A DNA stretch of 64,000 nt from Phyllobates terribilis. Lineage: Eukaryota. The notes beneath the pieces were generated by a model. It did no database searches and was not told the DNA's origin. It saw only the letters and a program-made list of their open reading frames with translations. Shown piece after piece: positions 38,601 through 50,794 of the stretch (positions are counted from its first letter, which is position 1; every line of letters starts with the position of its first letter). Position numbers and translations under genes: made by a program. Where the stretch lies: contig NW_027362762.1 of the NCBI RefSeq assembly GCF_046119375.1, forward strand, positions 439,022,001 through 439,086,000. The letters are read 5' to 3'.

Positions 38601-39931
38601 CTGGAGGGTGTTGTGTTGAAGGCCCAGGGTGACACCCTCTTCTTCTGCTACCTATTCCTAGCAAGCCATGGACACATTTGTCCATGGATTTTATTACTGA
38701 CCTACCGGTATCTGCAGGCAAAGCTGTGGTTTTGGTGGGTGTAGATAGGTTCTGTAAAATGGTTCACGTCGTCACATTACCGGCACTTCCGAATGCCAAG
38801 ACTCTTGCTCAGGTGTTTATAAATGAGATCATGAAGCTTCACGGAGTTCCCTCCAATGTGGTGTCAGATTGGGGGGACCCAGTTTGTTTCTAAGTTCTAG
38901 AAAGCGTTCTGTTCTCAACTGAGGGTGCAGCTGTCCTTTTCCTCTGCCTTTTTCCTCTGCCCTTCATCCTCAGTCAAATGGACAGACCGAGCGCATTAAT
39001 CAGAATTTGGAGACTTACCTCAGGTGTTTTGTCTGCGAAAATCAGGAGGATTGGGCGACTTACTTACCGCTCACAGAATTTGCGTTTAATAATAATAATC
39101 AAGAATCCACTGGCAGGTCACCGTTCTTTGGTGTATACTGTTACTATCCACAGTTTGATACTTTTAATGGGGAAGGGGCTTTGGGAGTTCCTGAGGAGAA
39201 ACGATTTGCTTCGTCGTTCTCCTCGGTATGGCGGGGGGGTTCTGAGTAATTTGAAGATCATGGGAGACAGGTACAAATGTATACCTGACAGGAGACATTT
39301 GCCAGGTCCGGACCTGAATGTGAATAACTTTGTGTGGTTGTCTACCACACAAATATCAAGTTGAAGGTTCTTTCTTGGAAGCTGGGACCTAGAATTATTG
39401 GTCCCTATAAAATAACCTCCATCGTAAACCCAGCAGCGTTTCGTCTTGAGCCACCTCAGGCTCTTAAGATCCACAATGTCTTTCACAGGTCTCTGCTCAA
39501 GAAATATGTTGAACCTCTTGAGTCCTCACCCCTTCCGCCGCCCCCAATAATGGTTGATGGTAATCTGGAGTTTCAGATTTCGAGGATTGTAGATTCTCAT
39601 CTCTAATGTCGTTCCCTACAATACTTGGTGCACTGGAAGGGTTATGGTCCAGAAGAGAGGTTGTGGGTTTCAGCATCTGAAGTGAATGCTCCCAGGTTGG
39701 TTCATTCATTCCACACCTCTTATCCTGAGAAACCTGGTCCTGAGTGTCCAGAGGCCACTCGTAGAAGGGGGGGTACTGTCACGGGTGTGAAACCAATATA
39801 GGGACGGTAGGTTAGTCAGGGTGTTATTAGATCTGCCTAGGGGTCTCCACTCCCTCCTTTCCTTAGTGTCTGAGCTTCCTTCCCCTCATCCCTTTGTGTT
39901 GCACTTAGTCTTTCCCACACTGTGAGTGACA
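35625..39931 (+). mobile_element. Degenerate Gypsy chromovirus (Gypsy-2) with short ~153-bp LTRs
   Basis: LTRs at 35625-35777 and 39777-39931 (TGTCA...TGACA, about 13 differences). TSD GTTCC/GTTTC (one mismatch). PPT AGAAGGGGGGG at 39763-39773. Confidence 0.93.
35878..39765 (+). pseudogene. Gypsy-2 gag-pol with multiple stops and frameshifts
   Basis: EPKVDLLDRFSGG (gag), YLDDILVY (RT), VEVDTSEVEVGAVL (RNase H), SMDFITDLP (integrase), EFQISRIVDS..YLVHWKGYGPEE (chromodomain). Confidence 0.92.
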
Positions 39932-40336
39932 GTTTCTTTGTCTACGGTGCACAACATAATCAAGAAGTTTATAACCCATGGCAATGTAGCTAATCTCCCT
40001 TGACGTGCATAGAAGAGAAAAATTGATGAAAGGTTGCAATGCAGGAGAGTCTGGATGGAGGATTAGCAGCAACAATCAAGTTCCAAAGAAATTCAAGCTG
40101 TCCTGCAGGTTCAGGGTACATCATTGCAGCACCAACTATTCGTCGACATTTGACTGAAATTAAAAGCTATGGCAGCAGACCTTAGGAGGACCCCACTGCT
40201 GACACAGAGACATAAAAAAGCTAAACTGCCGTTTGCCAAAATGTACATGAGTAAGCCAAAATTGGAAGGCGTCTTGTGGACAGATGAGACCAAGACAGAG
40301 CTTTTTGGTAAAGCACATCATTCTACTGGTTACTGA

Positions 40337-40435
<99 letters not shown>

Positions 40436-43400
40436 TGATTACCAAAGGATTTTGGTTTGCAATGTAGTTCTCAGTGTCAGAAAGCTGGGTTGGCATCTTA
40501 GGTCATGGTGGGTCTTCCGGCAGGACAATGACCCCAAATATACTTCAAGAAGCATCCAGAAATGGATGAAAACAAAGCGCTGGAGAGTTCTGAAGTGGCC
40601 AGCAATGGGTCCGGATCTAAATCCCATTGAACACTGGTGGCGAGATCTTAAAATTGCTGTTTTGAGAAGGCACCCTTCAAATATGAGAGACCTGGAGCAG
40701 TTTGCAAAAGAAGAATGGTCCAAAATTCCAGTTGAGATGTGTAAGAAGCTTGGTGATGGTTATAGGAAGCAGTTATTTCTTCCAAAGGGTGTGCAATCAA
40801 ATATTAAGTTGAGGCTGCCAACAATTTTGTCTGGCTCATTTTTGGAGTTTTGTCTGACATTTTGTCCAATTTGCCTTTTTTTCTCTGCTTTTTTTGTGTT
40901 GTTCCAATACACACAAAGGAAATAAACATGTATAACAAAACATGTAATTGGAATAATTTTCTAGGAGAAATACTTCACTTTCAGGAACAATTTCAAGGGT
41001 GCCAACACTTTCGGCCATTACTGTAAATACAGCATTCTAGAATATTGTAACAGAGGGCTTACAGGTGCTGGCCCTACTTTATATGGGAAAAACCTGGTGA
41101 TAGGTTCCTTTTAAGATGTTATTTGTTATGCAGTTATTCCATATAGCTTGAATATGAAAAAGTAAGCATTTTTTGTTATATGACTGTAAAACGATGTAAA
41201 AAAAATATTTGAAGGAATATTCATAATGTTTTCCTTCCATGTATGGAAATATGTTCTGAACAAATTAATCACTGTATATTTCGCAGACTCCTCCTGAAAG
41301 CCCATATCAGTCTCCACTTTCTATCATCAACCAGAGATTTGTAATTTTAGGCACTATCTGCTACTGCCTTCCTGAAACTTGAGCCACACTTTCCCTGAGC
41401 CCACCTCAAAGTCTTTTTCCAAGGTTCATTTTCTTGTGTTTTTCTCCTTATTTATCCACACCAGTAAGGTTTAGGAATAGAGACTTATTCCATTAATAGA
41501 AACTACACATCAAAGGCATAAACTTTTGCCTAAGCTAGACTGACAGCACTATTGTCCACATGACGAATGATAATTATTTTGCTTTTTTATGCAAGTTCCA
41601 TGTTCTTACCAAAAGCAGCAAAGCAGGTTTGGAAAATTGATACAGTAGTTCCTTTGGTCCTGGGGACGAAATTGAAGAAAATGAGGTATGTACGTCTCTT
41701 TGTACAATCATAATTTTTGCGTGGATTATTCAAGTGAAGACATTTATTCATCTGTGTTTATATAATAACATAAAAAATTTTATAAATTCCAAAACACTGT
41801 TTAAGCTGAATATATTCTGATTTTCTATAAACTTTTGAAAATTGTTGCGGTAAAAGGAATTTCAGAGAATTCCAAATTTCAATCTGAATATCCTTAGAAG
41901 TTTGTTCTATTCTTACTGTAGATAATATTACAGAAAAAAATTATGTTACAAATAATAATTTAAAAAATCACTTCTGAAATATGTGCAAGCAAATAATAGG
42001 ACACGTAACATTTTTTGTGTGGCATGCTGGGATAGGCTTCCATATTTTGAACCTAATGGTCAGTAAATTCACAATGGTGGTTAGAACAGTATACAGATAG
42101 ACTAACCATGCAAGGGTTTAATCTAGCCTAACACATGTTTTGCTTAATTTATGCAGGCAAGCAGAGCTATTTCTAATGTTTCACCTCACTGTATTCCTCA
42201 TTGAGCTAGTATAATGACTGTATTAGTGGAACGGCTCTGGTTGTGTAAAATTAGCAAGGCTATGGCACTGCTTACTATGTGTCATAAAAATTAGAAACAA
42301 AGGTGAAAACTGAGCATAAAGCACAGAGGATGTGAGTGATTGCTGGTAAAATTCCTTAGATTAACAGTAGCATAGGCAAAACCAATACATAAAGGAAAGG
42401 CAAACAATTTTAATAGCAATCTATATTTTCTAAAATGTAAAAATACAACTAAAAAAAAGTACCCAACTACACTATACAGTACATTCAAAAAAGTAATCAA
42501 CTACTCTATAAATTATTTAATAGATTCATATCTGTCTACATTTGATGCATTTTTTTACTTTAATCTTGGTCTATATTCTGGTTTGTAACAAGTAACATGC
42601 AGCCTCAAGGCAAAGCATTAAGTGGGGCCTAGTACTATCAAAATAATAAAGGTCTACGTCCTGTCCTCTTTCTTAGGTTTACCCTCAATATACATATCTT
42701 TATAAAAGCTGGTCATACACTTTAGTTGTTTTTCCTGAGTTCACCATACACCTGCTTCCATTGTTCCATGTTTAAATTAATTTGAAAATGAGAATAAGCT
42801 TCTTTTCTGTGGAAATAATCAATAACTATTAAAGATACCCCCATACACATGGGATAGTGAGCTGATCTTGATGTGAAACATCAGTTTCCATTAGCTTTTA
42901 TTAGAAATAGTCAATAGTGATTGATGGACTTCTTAGTTGGTGGGCATCATAGCAGCTACTATGCCTTTAATCCTGCTAGTTACACCCAAGTCTAAAATTA
43001 TAAGGGTATGTGCACCCGACATATTTTTAGATGCCGGCATTCCTGCCGAGTTTTTCAAGCTGAAGAAAATGCCAGTGGTGTTTTTCCTGAGGCATCTTTT
43101 TTTATGTCTTTTATGTAGTTTTTTGCTGTGTTTTTTATTTTTTTAAATTGTACGTGAACATAGCAAGCTTGCTAAACAATGGTCAGGTCACTTCTTTTAA
43201 CTACTTTGCATGTTTGGAAACCTGAAGTGGTTAAAAGAAGCTCTAAAGACTGAACATACAGTGCTCAACATAAATGAGTTTAACCTCTTTGAAAAGTTAG
43301 ACTTGAATCAATAGCTTACTGAATACAAGAACAATTTTCAACATTTTAACAAGACTGAGTTTTATAGAACTTTTTTTTAACCCATAACATGAAAGTAAGG

Positions 43401-44265
43401 TTAATAATAATCTTCAATTTTACTCAAATTAGTTGAGTGAATACACCTCACATAAAAAACACTACATCTAGTATTTTGTATGACCTCCATGATTTTTAAG
43501 GACAGCACCAAATCTTTTAGGCATGAAATGAACAAGTTGGCGACATATTGTAACATCTATCTTTACGCATTGTTCAAGAACCACCTCTCTAAGAGCCTGG
43601 ATGCCGGATGGAGAGTGATGCTCAACTCGTCTCTTCAGAATCCCCCACAGGTGTTCGATTGGGTTCAGATCAGGAGACATACTTCACCACTGAATCACTT
43701 TCACCCTGTTCTTTTTCAGAAATGCAAGGGCACAGTGATGGTTGCATCTTCTCTTTCAATATAGAGCAGTACATCTGTGAATTCATGATGCCATCAATGA
43801 AATATAGCTACCCATCACCAGCAGCACTCATGCAATCTCACATAAGGACATTACCACCACCATGTTTCACTGTAGGCACCATGCATTTCGAAAAATTAAT
43901 TTAGAAAAATTCATAGTGCCTACAGTGAAACATGGTGGTGGCAGTGTTCTTACGTGGGGCTAGATGAATGCTGCTGGGGTCGTGGAACTACATTTCATTG
44001 ATGGTATAATGAATAAACAGATTTACTGCTCTTTAGTAAAAGAGAAGATGCTACCATCCCTTAGTTCCCTTGGTAGACATGCACATTTCGAACATGGTAT
44101 TGATAAAAAACACACATCTGCTGCATTTATGTCGCCAACTTGTTCATTCCATGCCTTGAAGACTTGGTACTGTCCTTAAAAATCATAGGTCAAACAAAAT
44201 ACTACATGTAGTAGTTTTTGATGTGGGGTGTATTAATTTTTGCTTTAAACTACTATATTATTATA

Positions 44266-45915
44266 CAGTTATATGAAAAAGTTTGGGCACCCCTATTAAT
44301 CTTAAGCTTAATGTTTTATAAAAATTGGTGTTTTTGCAACAGCTATTTCAGTTTGATATATGTAATAACTGCTGGACAAAGTAATGTTTCTACCTTGAAA
44401 TGAGGTTTATTGTACTAACAGAAAATGTGCAATCTGCATTCAAACAAAATTTGACAGGTGCATAAGTATGGGCACCCTTATCATTTTCTTGTTTTAAATA
44501 CTCCTACCTACTTTTTACTGACTTACTAAAGCACTTTTTTTGGTTTTGTAACCTCATTGAGCTTTGAACTTCATAGCCAGGTGTATGCAATCATGAGAAA
44601 AGCTACTTAAAGTGGCCACTTGCAAGTTGTTCTCCTGTTTGAATCTCCTCTGAAGAGTGGCATCATGGGCTCCTCAAAACAACTGTCAAATGATCTGAAA
44701 ACAAAGATTATTTAACATAGTTGTTCTGGGGAAGGATACAAAAAGCTGTCTCAGAGATTTAACCTGTCAGTTTCCACTGTGAGGAACATAGTAAGGAAAT
44801 GGAAGAACACAGGCACAGTTCTTGTTAAGGCCAGAAGTGGCAGGCAAAGAAAAACATCAGAAAGGCAGAGAAGAAGAATGGTGAGATCAGTAAAGGACAA
44901 TCCTCAGACTACCTCCAGAGAGCTGCAGCATCAACTTGCTGCAGATGGTGTCACTGTGCATCGGTCAACTATACAACACACTTTGCACAAGGAGAAGTTG
45001 TATGGGAGAGTGATGCGAAAGAAGCCGTTTCTGCAAGCACACCACAAACAGAGTTGGCTGAGGTATGCAAAAGAACATTTGGAGAAGCCAATTTCTTTTT
45101 GGAAGAAGGTCCTGTGGACTGATGAAACCAAGATTGAGTTGTTTGGTCATACAAAACGGCGTTATGCATGGCGGCAAAAAAACACAGCATTCCAAGAAAA
45201 ACACTTGCTACCCACAGTAAAATTTGGTGGAGGTTCCATCATGCTTTGGGGCTGTGAGGCCAATGCCGGCACCGGGAATCTTGTTAAAGTTGAGGGACGC
45301 ATGGATTCCACTCAGTATCAGCAGATTCTTGACAATAATGTTCAAGAATCAGTGATAAAGTTAAATTTACGCAGGGGATGGATCTTTCAGCAAGACAATG
45401 ATCCAAAACACCGCTCCAAATCTACTCAGGCATTCATGCAGAGGAACAATTACAATGTTCTGGAATGACCATCCCAGTCCCCAGACCTGAATATCATTGA
45501 ACATCTGTGGGATCATTTGAAGAGGGCTGTCCATGCTCGGCGACCATCAAACTTAACTGAACTGGAATTGTTTTGTAAAGAGGAATGGTCAAAAATGCCT
45601 TCATCCAGGATCCAGGAACTCATTAAAAGCTACAGGAAGCGACTAGAGGCTGTTATTTTTGCAAAAGGAGGATCTACTAAATATTAATGTCACTTTTCTG
45701 GTGAGGTGCCCATACTTATGCACCTGTCAAATTTTGTTTGAATGCAGATTGCACATTTTCTGTTAGTACAATAAACCTCATTTCAAGGCAGAAACATTAC
45801 TGTGTCCAACAGTTATTACATAGATCAAACTGAAATAGCTGCTGCAAAAACACCAATTTTTATAAAACATTAAGCTTAAGATTAATAGGGGTGCCCAAAC
45901 TTTTTCATATAACTG
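44266..45915 (+). mobile_element. Full-length Tc1 element (Tc1-B, 1650 bp)
   Basis: TA flanks at 44264-44265 and 45916-45917. Near-identical ~210-bp TIRs CAGTTATATGAAAAAGTTTGGGCACCCC. Confidence 0.96.
44665..45687 (+). pseudogene. Tc1-B DD34E transposase, 340 codons with two premature stops (44713-44715 and 45466-45468)
   Basis: MGSSKQLSNDLK...; LWTDETKI; FQQDNDPKH; VLE*PSQSPDLNIIEHLW; ends TKY*. Confidence 0.93.
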
Positions 45916-46479
45916 TATTATTAACCTTACTTTCATGTTATGGGTTAAAAAATGTTCTATGAAGCTCAATTTTCAAAAATTTTGGAAATTGTTCTTGTGT
46001 TAAGTAAGATATTGGTTAAAATCTTACTTTTCAAAGGGGGTTTAATCATTTATGCTTAGCACCATATTCACAGCAAGTCATTTTTACATTGCAGCGCATA
46101 TGTTCATTCTTTTTCGTTTTTATCTAGTGCTTTTTCAGGTGGGTTACGGAGACTTTGAGCACACCCTTATATACACTACTAGTCCATTTTAAGGTAGGGT
46201 TGACTTGTAAGCTAAATAAAAATGAAGTGCAAAGTTTGATAGGGAAAGAGATTCTTGTGCACATGGAAACCGGAGCACAAAATCAAGTTCAAAGCCATGC
46301 TACCTCCATAGATTAACATTGCTGGTAGTATGGACTGTACTGAGGAGCTTAGTTACTCCAAATGTGGTGCTGTTATAAGATTTTAGTTTGCGACATTTTG
46401 TATATGCTAGATTTGCTATGATCATCTGTAAGTGCCACTACTGTAAAATGGAAGTATCTGGTTGTAACAACAACTCAGC

Positions 46480-47090
46480 TACAAGATTGGTTGACCACAC
46501 AAATTCACAGAGCAAAGGGGCACCAAATGCTGAAGCATGTTGAGTATAAAAATCACCTTTCTGCCATTGCATCACTCACTACACAGTTCCAACCTGCCTC
46601 GGGAAGTGACAGCAGCATAAAAACTTTGAGTGGAGAGATTCATGAAAGAGGCTCCTATGGTCGAGCAGGTGCACTCTGTTCATCGAGTGCAATACCAAGT
46701 GTCAGCTGGTGTTGTGTAGAGCACACCACCACTGGACTATGGAGCAGTTTAGACATGTTATCTGGAGTCGTGAATTACGTTGCACTATCTGCCAGTATGA
46801 TGGATACATTTTGTTTTGGTTTATCATCAGATAAAACCTCCTGATGGATTCATACTGCCTACAGTAAAATTTTGTTGAGGAAGGATAATGATACTGGGCA
46901 GTGTTTCAATGTTTGAGCTAGGACCCTTTTTTCCAGTAATGGGCAATGTTAATGTTACATCATACAAATACATTTTAGCCAATTGCATGGTTCTATTTGT
47001 GGCAACAGTTTTGGGAAGGTTCTTTCCTGTTCCAGCATGATTGTTTCCATATGCACAAAGTGCTGTCTGAAGATTGCTCAAGTGATTTCT
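46480..47090 (+). pseudogene. Old, heavily degenerate Tc1 transposase fragment
   Basis: Resembles REIHERGSYGRA and LPTVKFC*GRIMILG. No TIRs recognised. Confidence 0.55.
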
Positions 47091-47466
47091 TTTAACCACT
47101 TTGCGACTTTGGAAACCTGAAGTAGTTAAAAGCAGTTAAAAGACAGAACATATGCACAGCAAATTTTTATTACATAGAACACAAAGTGCATATGGACACA
47201 ATTGTGGTTGGTATAAGGGGTGGATTAAGAGTAGCCAGGGCCTCGAGCAGTTTAGAAGGCGTGGGTCCCCCCAGATACCGGATGTATCACGTGACATGTC
47301 ACATGATCCCATTTGATAGATCATGTGATAGGTCATGTTAGTAACACACACAAATTTTTCTCTTATGTACAGCGCCATACATAACAGAGCAGGGGTGAAA
47401 GACCGTGACTGTTCTGGAGGCCGAACCAATAGGCTGAAATTAATTCTGCTCAATATTACCATAGTA

Positions 47467-48236
47467 TCTATAATATACTTACCTTGTAATGTCTTCACAT
47501 CCTGTTCCGTCTAGATGTGTCCGGATCCCAGAATTCCAAGCGGCAGAAGTTCGTCGACCGCCATATTGGGACAACCAAGTGATGGGTGTCTCAATATGGA
47601 AACAGCTGGTGGTACCAGCCTCTTGCACGGTACCACCAGTGGAACACTGTCGCGAACACGTCGTACACGCCGCCGCCGGGATCAGCCGAATGATTCACTG
47701 ACCGCCGCCATCTTTGTACAGGAGGAGCACATGCGCAGTTTTAATGTGACCGCCGCTATCTGCCTGCACAAAGATGGCGGTGGTCTGATTTACTGCGCGG
47801 GGAGACAGCTCAAACGAGAGAACACATGAGGGAAGAAGACAGCACAGGGGTGGAGAGAGAGAGTAGACAAGCGGGAGAGCACATGGGGTACACAGGTCAA
47901 AGAAGAGATCACATGAGAGGAGAAGACAGCAGATGGGAGAGAGAGAAAGCACACAGGGGGGAGAGAGACAGAGCACAGGGGGGAGAGAGCTCAAATGGGA
48001 CAGCACATGAGAGGAGAACACAGCACTTGAAGGAGAGAGACAGCAGACAAGGGGGATAGCCATGAGGTAGACAGGTCAAAGAAGAGAGCACAGACGGGAG
48101 AAGTCAGCACATGGGGGGAAGAGAGAGTTTATAGGTGGGTGAGCACATGGGGGGGAGAGATTCTCAATGCTGCAAAGCCTGCCCCCATCGTGACATTACC
48201 ACCCTCCCGATGCGATAGCATCGGGCCTCCGTCTAG
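47467..48236 (+). mobile_element. Non-autonomous Helitron-like element
   Basis: 3' end has the hairpin CCCGATGC-GATA-GCATCGGG (48206-48225) followed by CTAG|T (48233-48237). The candidate 5' start A|TCTATAATATA at 47467 is less certain. Internal GA-rich short repeats at 47820-48140. Confidence 0.6.
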
Positions 48237-48360
48237 TAAAAAATAATTTTTATTCATAATTGTATGACTTAATATCCTGACATCCCCCTATATACAATAT
48301 GAGCCCCCACATAGCCCCCTCAATCAACAACCAAAGTGATCAACCTATGGGGCCCTTATA

Positions 48361-49941
48361 CACTGCTCAAAAAAATAAAGGGAACACTCAAATAACACAT
48401 CCTAGATCTGAATGAATTAAATATTCTCATTGAATACTTTGTTCTGTACAAAGTTGAATGTGCTGACAACAAAATCACACAAAAATCATCAATGGAAATC
48501 AAATTTATTAACCAATGAAGGCCTGGATTTGGAGTCACCCCCAAAATTAAAGTGGAAAAACACACTACAGGCTGATTCAACTTTGATGTAATGTCCTTAA
48601 AACAAGTCAAAATGAGGCTCAGTATTGTGTGTGGCTTCCACGTGCCTGTATGACCTCCCTACAACGCCTGGGCATGCTCCTGGTGAGGTTGCGGATGGTC
48701 TCCTGTGGGATCTCCTCCCAGACCTGGACTAAAGCATCCGCCAACTCCTGGACAGTCTGTGGTGCAACGTGACGTTGGTGGATGGAGCGAGACATGATGT
48801 CCCAGATGTGCTCAATCGGATTCAGGTCTGGGGAACAGGCGGGCCAGTCCATAGCTTCAATGGCTTCATCTTGCAGGAACTGCTGACACACTCCAACCAC
48901 ATGAGGTCTGGCATTGTCCTTCATTAGGAGGAACCCAGGGCCAACCGCACCAGCATATGGTCTCACAAGGGGTCTGAGGATCTCACCTCGGTACCTGATG
49001 GCAGTCAGGCTACCTCTGGCGAGCACATGGAGGGCTGTGCAGCCCTCCAAAGAAATGCCACCCAACACCATTACTGAACCACTTCCAAACCGGTCATGCT
49101 GAAGGATGTTGCAGGCAGCAGATCGCTCTCCACGGCGTCTCCAGACTCTGTCATGTCTGTCACATGTGCTCAGTGTGAACCTGCTTTCATCTGTGAAGAG
49201 CACAGGGCGCCAGTGGCGACTTTGCCAATCCTGGTGTTCTGTGGCAAATGCCAAGTGTCCTGCACGGTGTTGGGCTGTGAGCACAACCCCCATGTGCGGA
49301 CGTCGTGCCCACATACCACCCTCATGGAGTTGGTTTCTAACCGTTTGTGCAAACACATGCACATTTGTGGCCTGCTGGAGGTCATTTTGCAGGGCTCTGG
49401 CAGTGCTCCTCCTGTTCCTCCTTGCACAAAGGCGGAGATAGCGGTCCTGCTGCTGGGTTGTTGCCCTCCTACGGCCCCCTCCACGTCTCCTGGTGTACTG
49501 GCCTGTCTCCTGGTAACTCCTCCAGCCTCTGGACAGAATGCTGACAGACACAGCAAACCTTCTTGCTACAACTCGCATTGATGTGCCATCCTGGATGAGC
49601 TGCACTACCTGAGCAACTTCTGTGGGTTGTAGAGTCCGTCTCATGCTACCACGAGTGTGAAAGCACAACCAACATTCAAAAGTGACCAAAACATCAGCCA
49701 GAAAGCATTGGTACTGAGATGTGGTCTGTTGTCCCCACCTGCAGAATCACTCCTTTATTGAGGGTGTCTTGATAATTGCCAATAATTTCCATCTATTGTC
49801 TATTGCATTTGCACAACAGCATGTGAAATTGATTGTCAATCAGTGTTGCTTCCTAAGTGGACAGTTTGATTTCACAGAAGTTTGATTTACTTGGAGTTAT
49901 ATTCTGTTGTTTAAGTGTTCCCTTTATTTTTTTGAGCAGTG
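48361..49941 (-). mobile_element. Full-length Tc1 element (Tc1-C, 1581 bp) with short TIRs
   Basis: TA flanks at 48359-48360 and 49942-49943. ~28-bp TIR CACTGCTCAAAAAAATAAAGGGAACACT. Confidence 0.96.
48619..49644 (-). CDS. Tc1-C DD34E transposase, 341 aa, uninterrupted
   Basis: [20 protein letters not shown] (paired-like HTH); VLFTDESRF; MKDNARPH; [11 protein letters not shown]. Confidence 0.92.
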   Translation of the reverse strand: MRRTLQPTEVAQVVQLIQDGTSMRVVARRFAVSVSILSRGWRSYQETGQYTRRRGGGRRRATTQQQDRYLRLCARRNRRSTARALQNDLQQATNVHVFAQTVRNQLHEGGMWARRPHMGVVLTAQHRAGHLAFATEHQDWQSRHWRPVLFTDESRFTLSTCDRHDRVWRRRGERSAACNILQHDRFGSGSVMVLGGISLEGCTALHVLARGSLTAIRYRGEILRPLVRPYAGAVGPGFLLMKDNARPHVVGVCQQFLQDEAIEAMDWPACSPDLNPIEHIWDIMSRSIHQRHVAPQTVQELADALVQVWEEIPQETIRNLTRSMPRRCREVIQARGSHTQY

Positions 49942-50794
49942 TACATATAAGCCCTAACAAAAATAAAAACTTGAAAAATTCTCTTTTTATTTAGTTTAAA
50001 AACCCCAAAACATACAGACAGGAATACACACACATAGCACAGAAAAACAGTGATATAAAAAAGAGCAGAAATGCGGGGAGTTGGGGACTAGTTTTGCCCT
50101 TCACAATTCCCTTCTTGACAGCGGAGGTTGGCACCCTAAGTTTACACGGTATGGCGCTCCTGCTCCTTGTCGACTGCCCCTCTGTAGCCTGACCACTGCT
50201 CTAACTGACCAGGCATTCTCAATAGGTGATCAGATAATATTTAATAAACATTTATAAAATATAGATACTAGTAACCTTTCAGATCATAAATGGCCAGTTA
50301 AGTGACAGTGTAATTAAGTCACAAAACATCCATATACCTCACAGACACGTGAGGTATATAGCCCCTACATACAGTATGAGCCCCCACACAGCCCCGTACA
50401 TATTGTTTGAGCCTCCACAAAGCTCCCAATGTACAGTATGAGTTCCCACATAGCTACCTAGATTCAGTATGAGAACTCATTTAACTACCTATATACAGTA
50501 TAAGCCCCACATAGCTCCCTGCACAGCCCCGGCATGCATCCCCACACAAGTAACATCACCCCCTTCTCCACACAGGCACTCAGCATGCAGCCTTACATGA
50601 GTGACATTATCCCCTTCACTATGCAGCCCCATGTGAGTAGCGTCACTCCTTTCACAACACATCCTGCAGCCCCATGCAACCACCTTGCATGCAAGAGTGA
50701 CATTACCCATTTTCCCTTGCAGCCATCCAGCATCAACCACCCTTCCCCGCACAGGCCCACATCACTCCCCCACCACAGCCCCCTTCAACACAAT

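Larger units (their letters stand above)
43259..46064. mobile_element. Fold-back Tc1 derivative made of two head-to-head 3' halves, containing nested Tc1-B
   Basis: Outer TIRs CAGTGCTCAACATAAATGAG and CATTTATGCTTAGCACCA with TA flanks. The transposase C-terminus reads on the minus strand at 43468-43879 and on the plus strand at 43916-44190. Confidence 0.8.

Noticed and set aside
41126-41317. 63-aa minus-strand ORF METDMGFQEES as a host gene
   Set aside because: Short, with no recognisable domain and no supporting splice or codon pattern.
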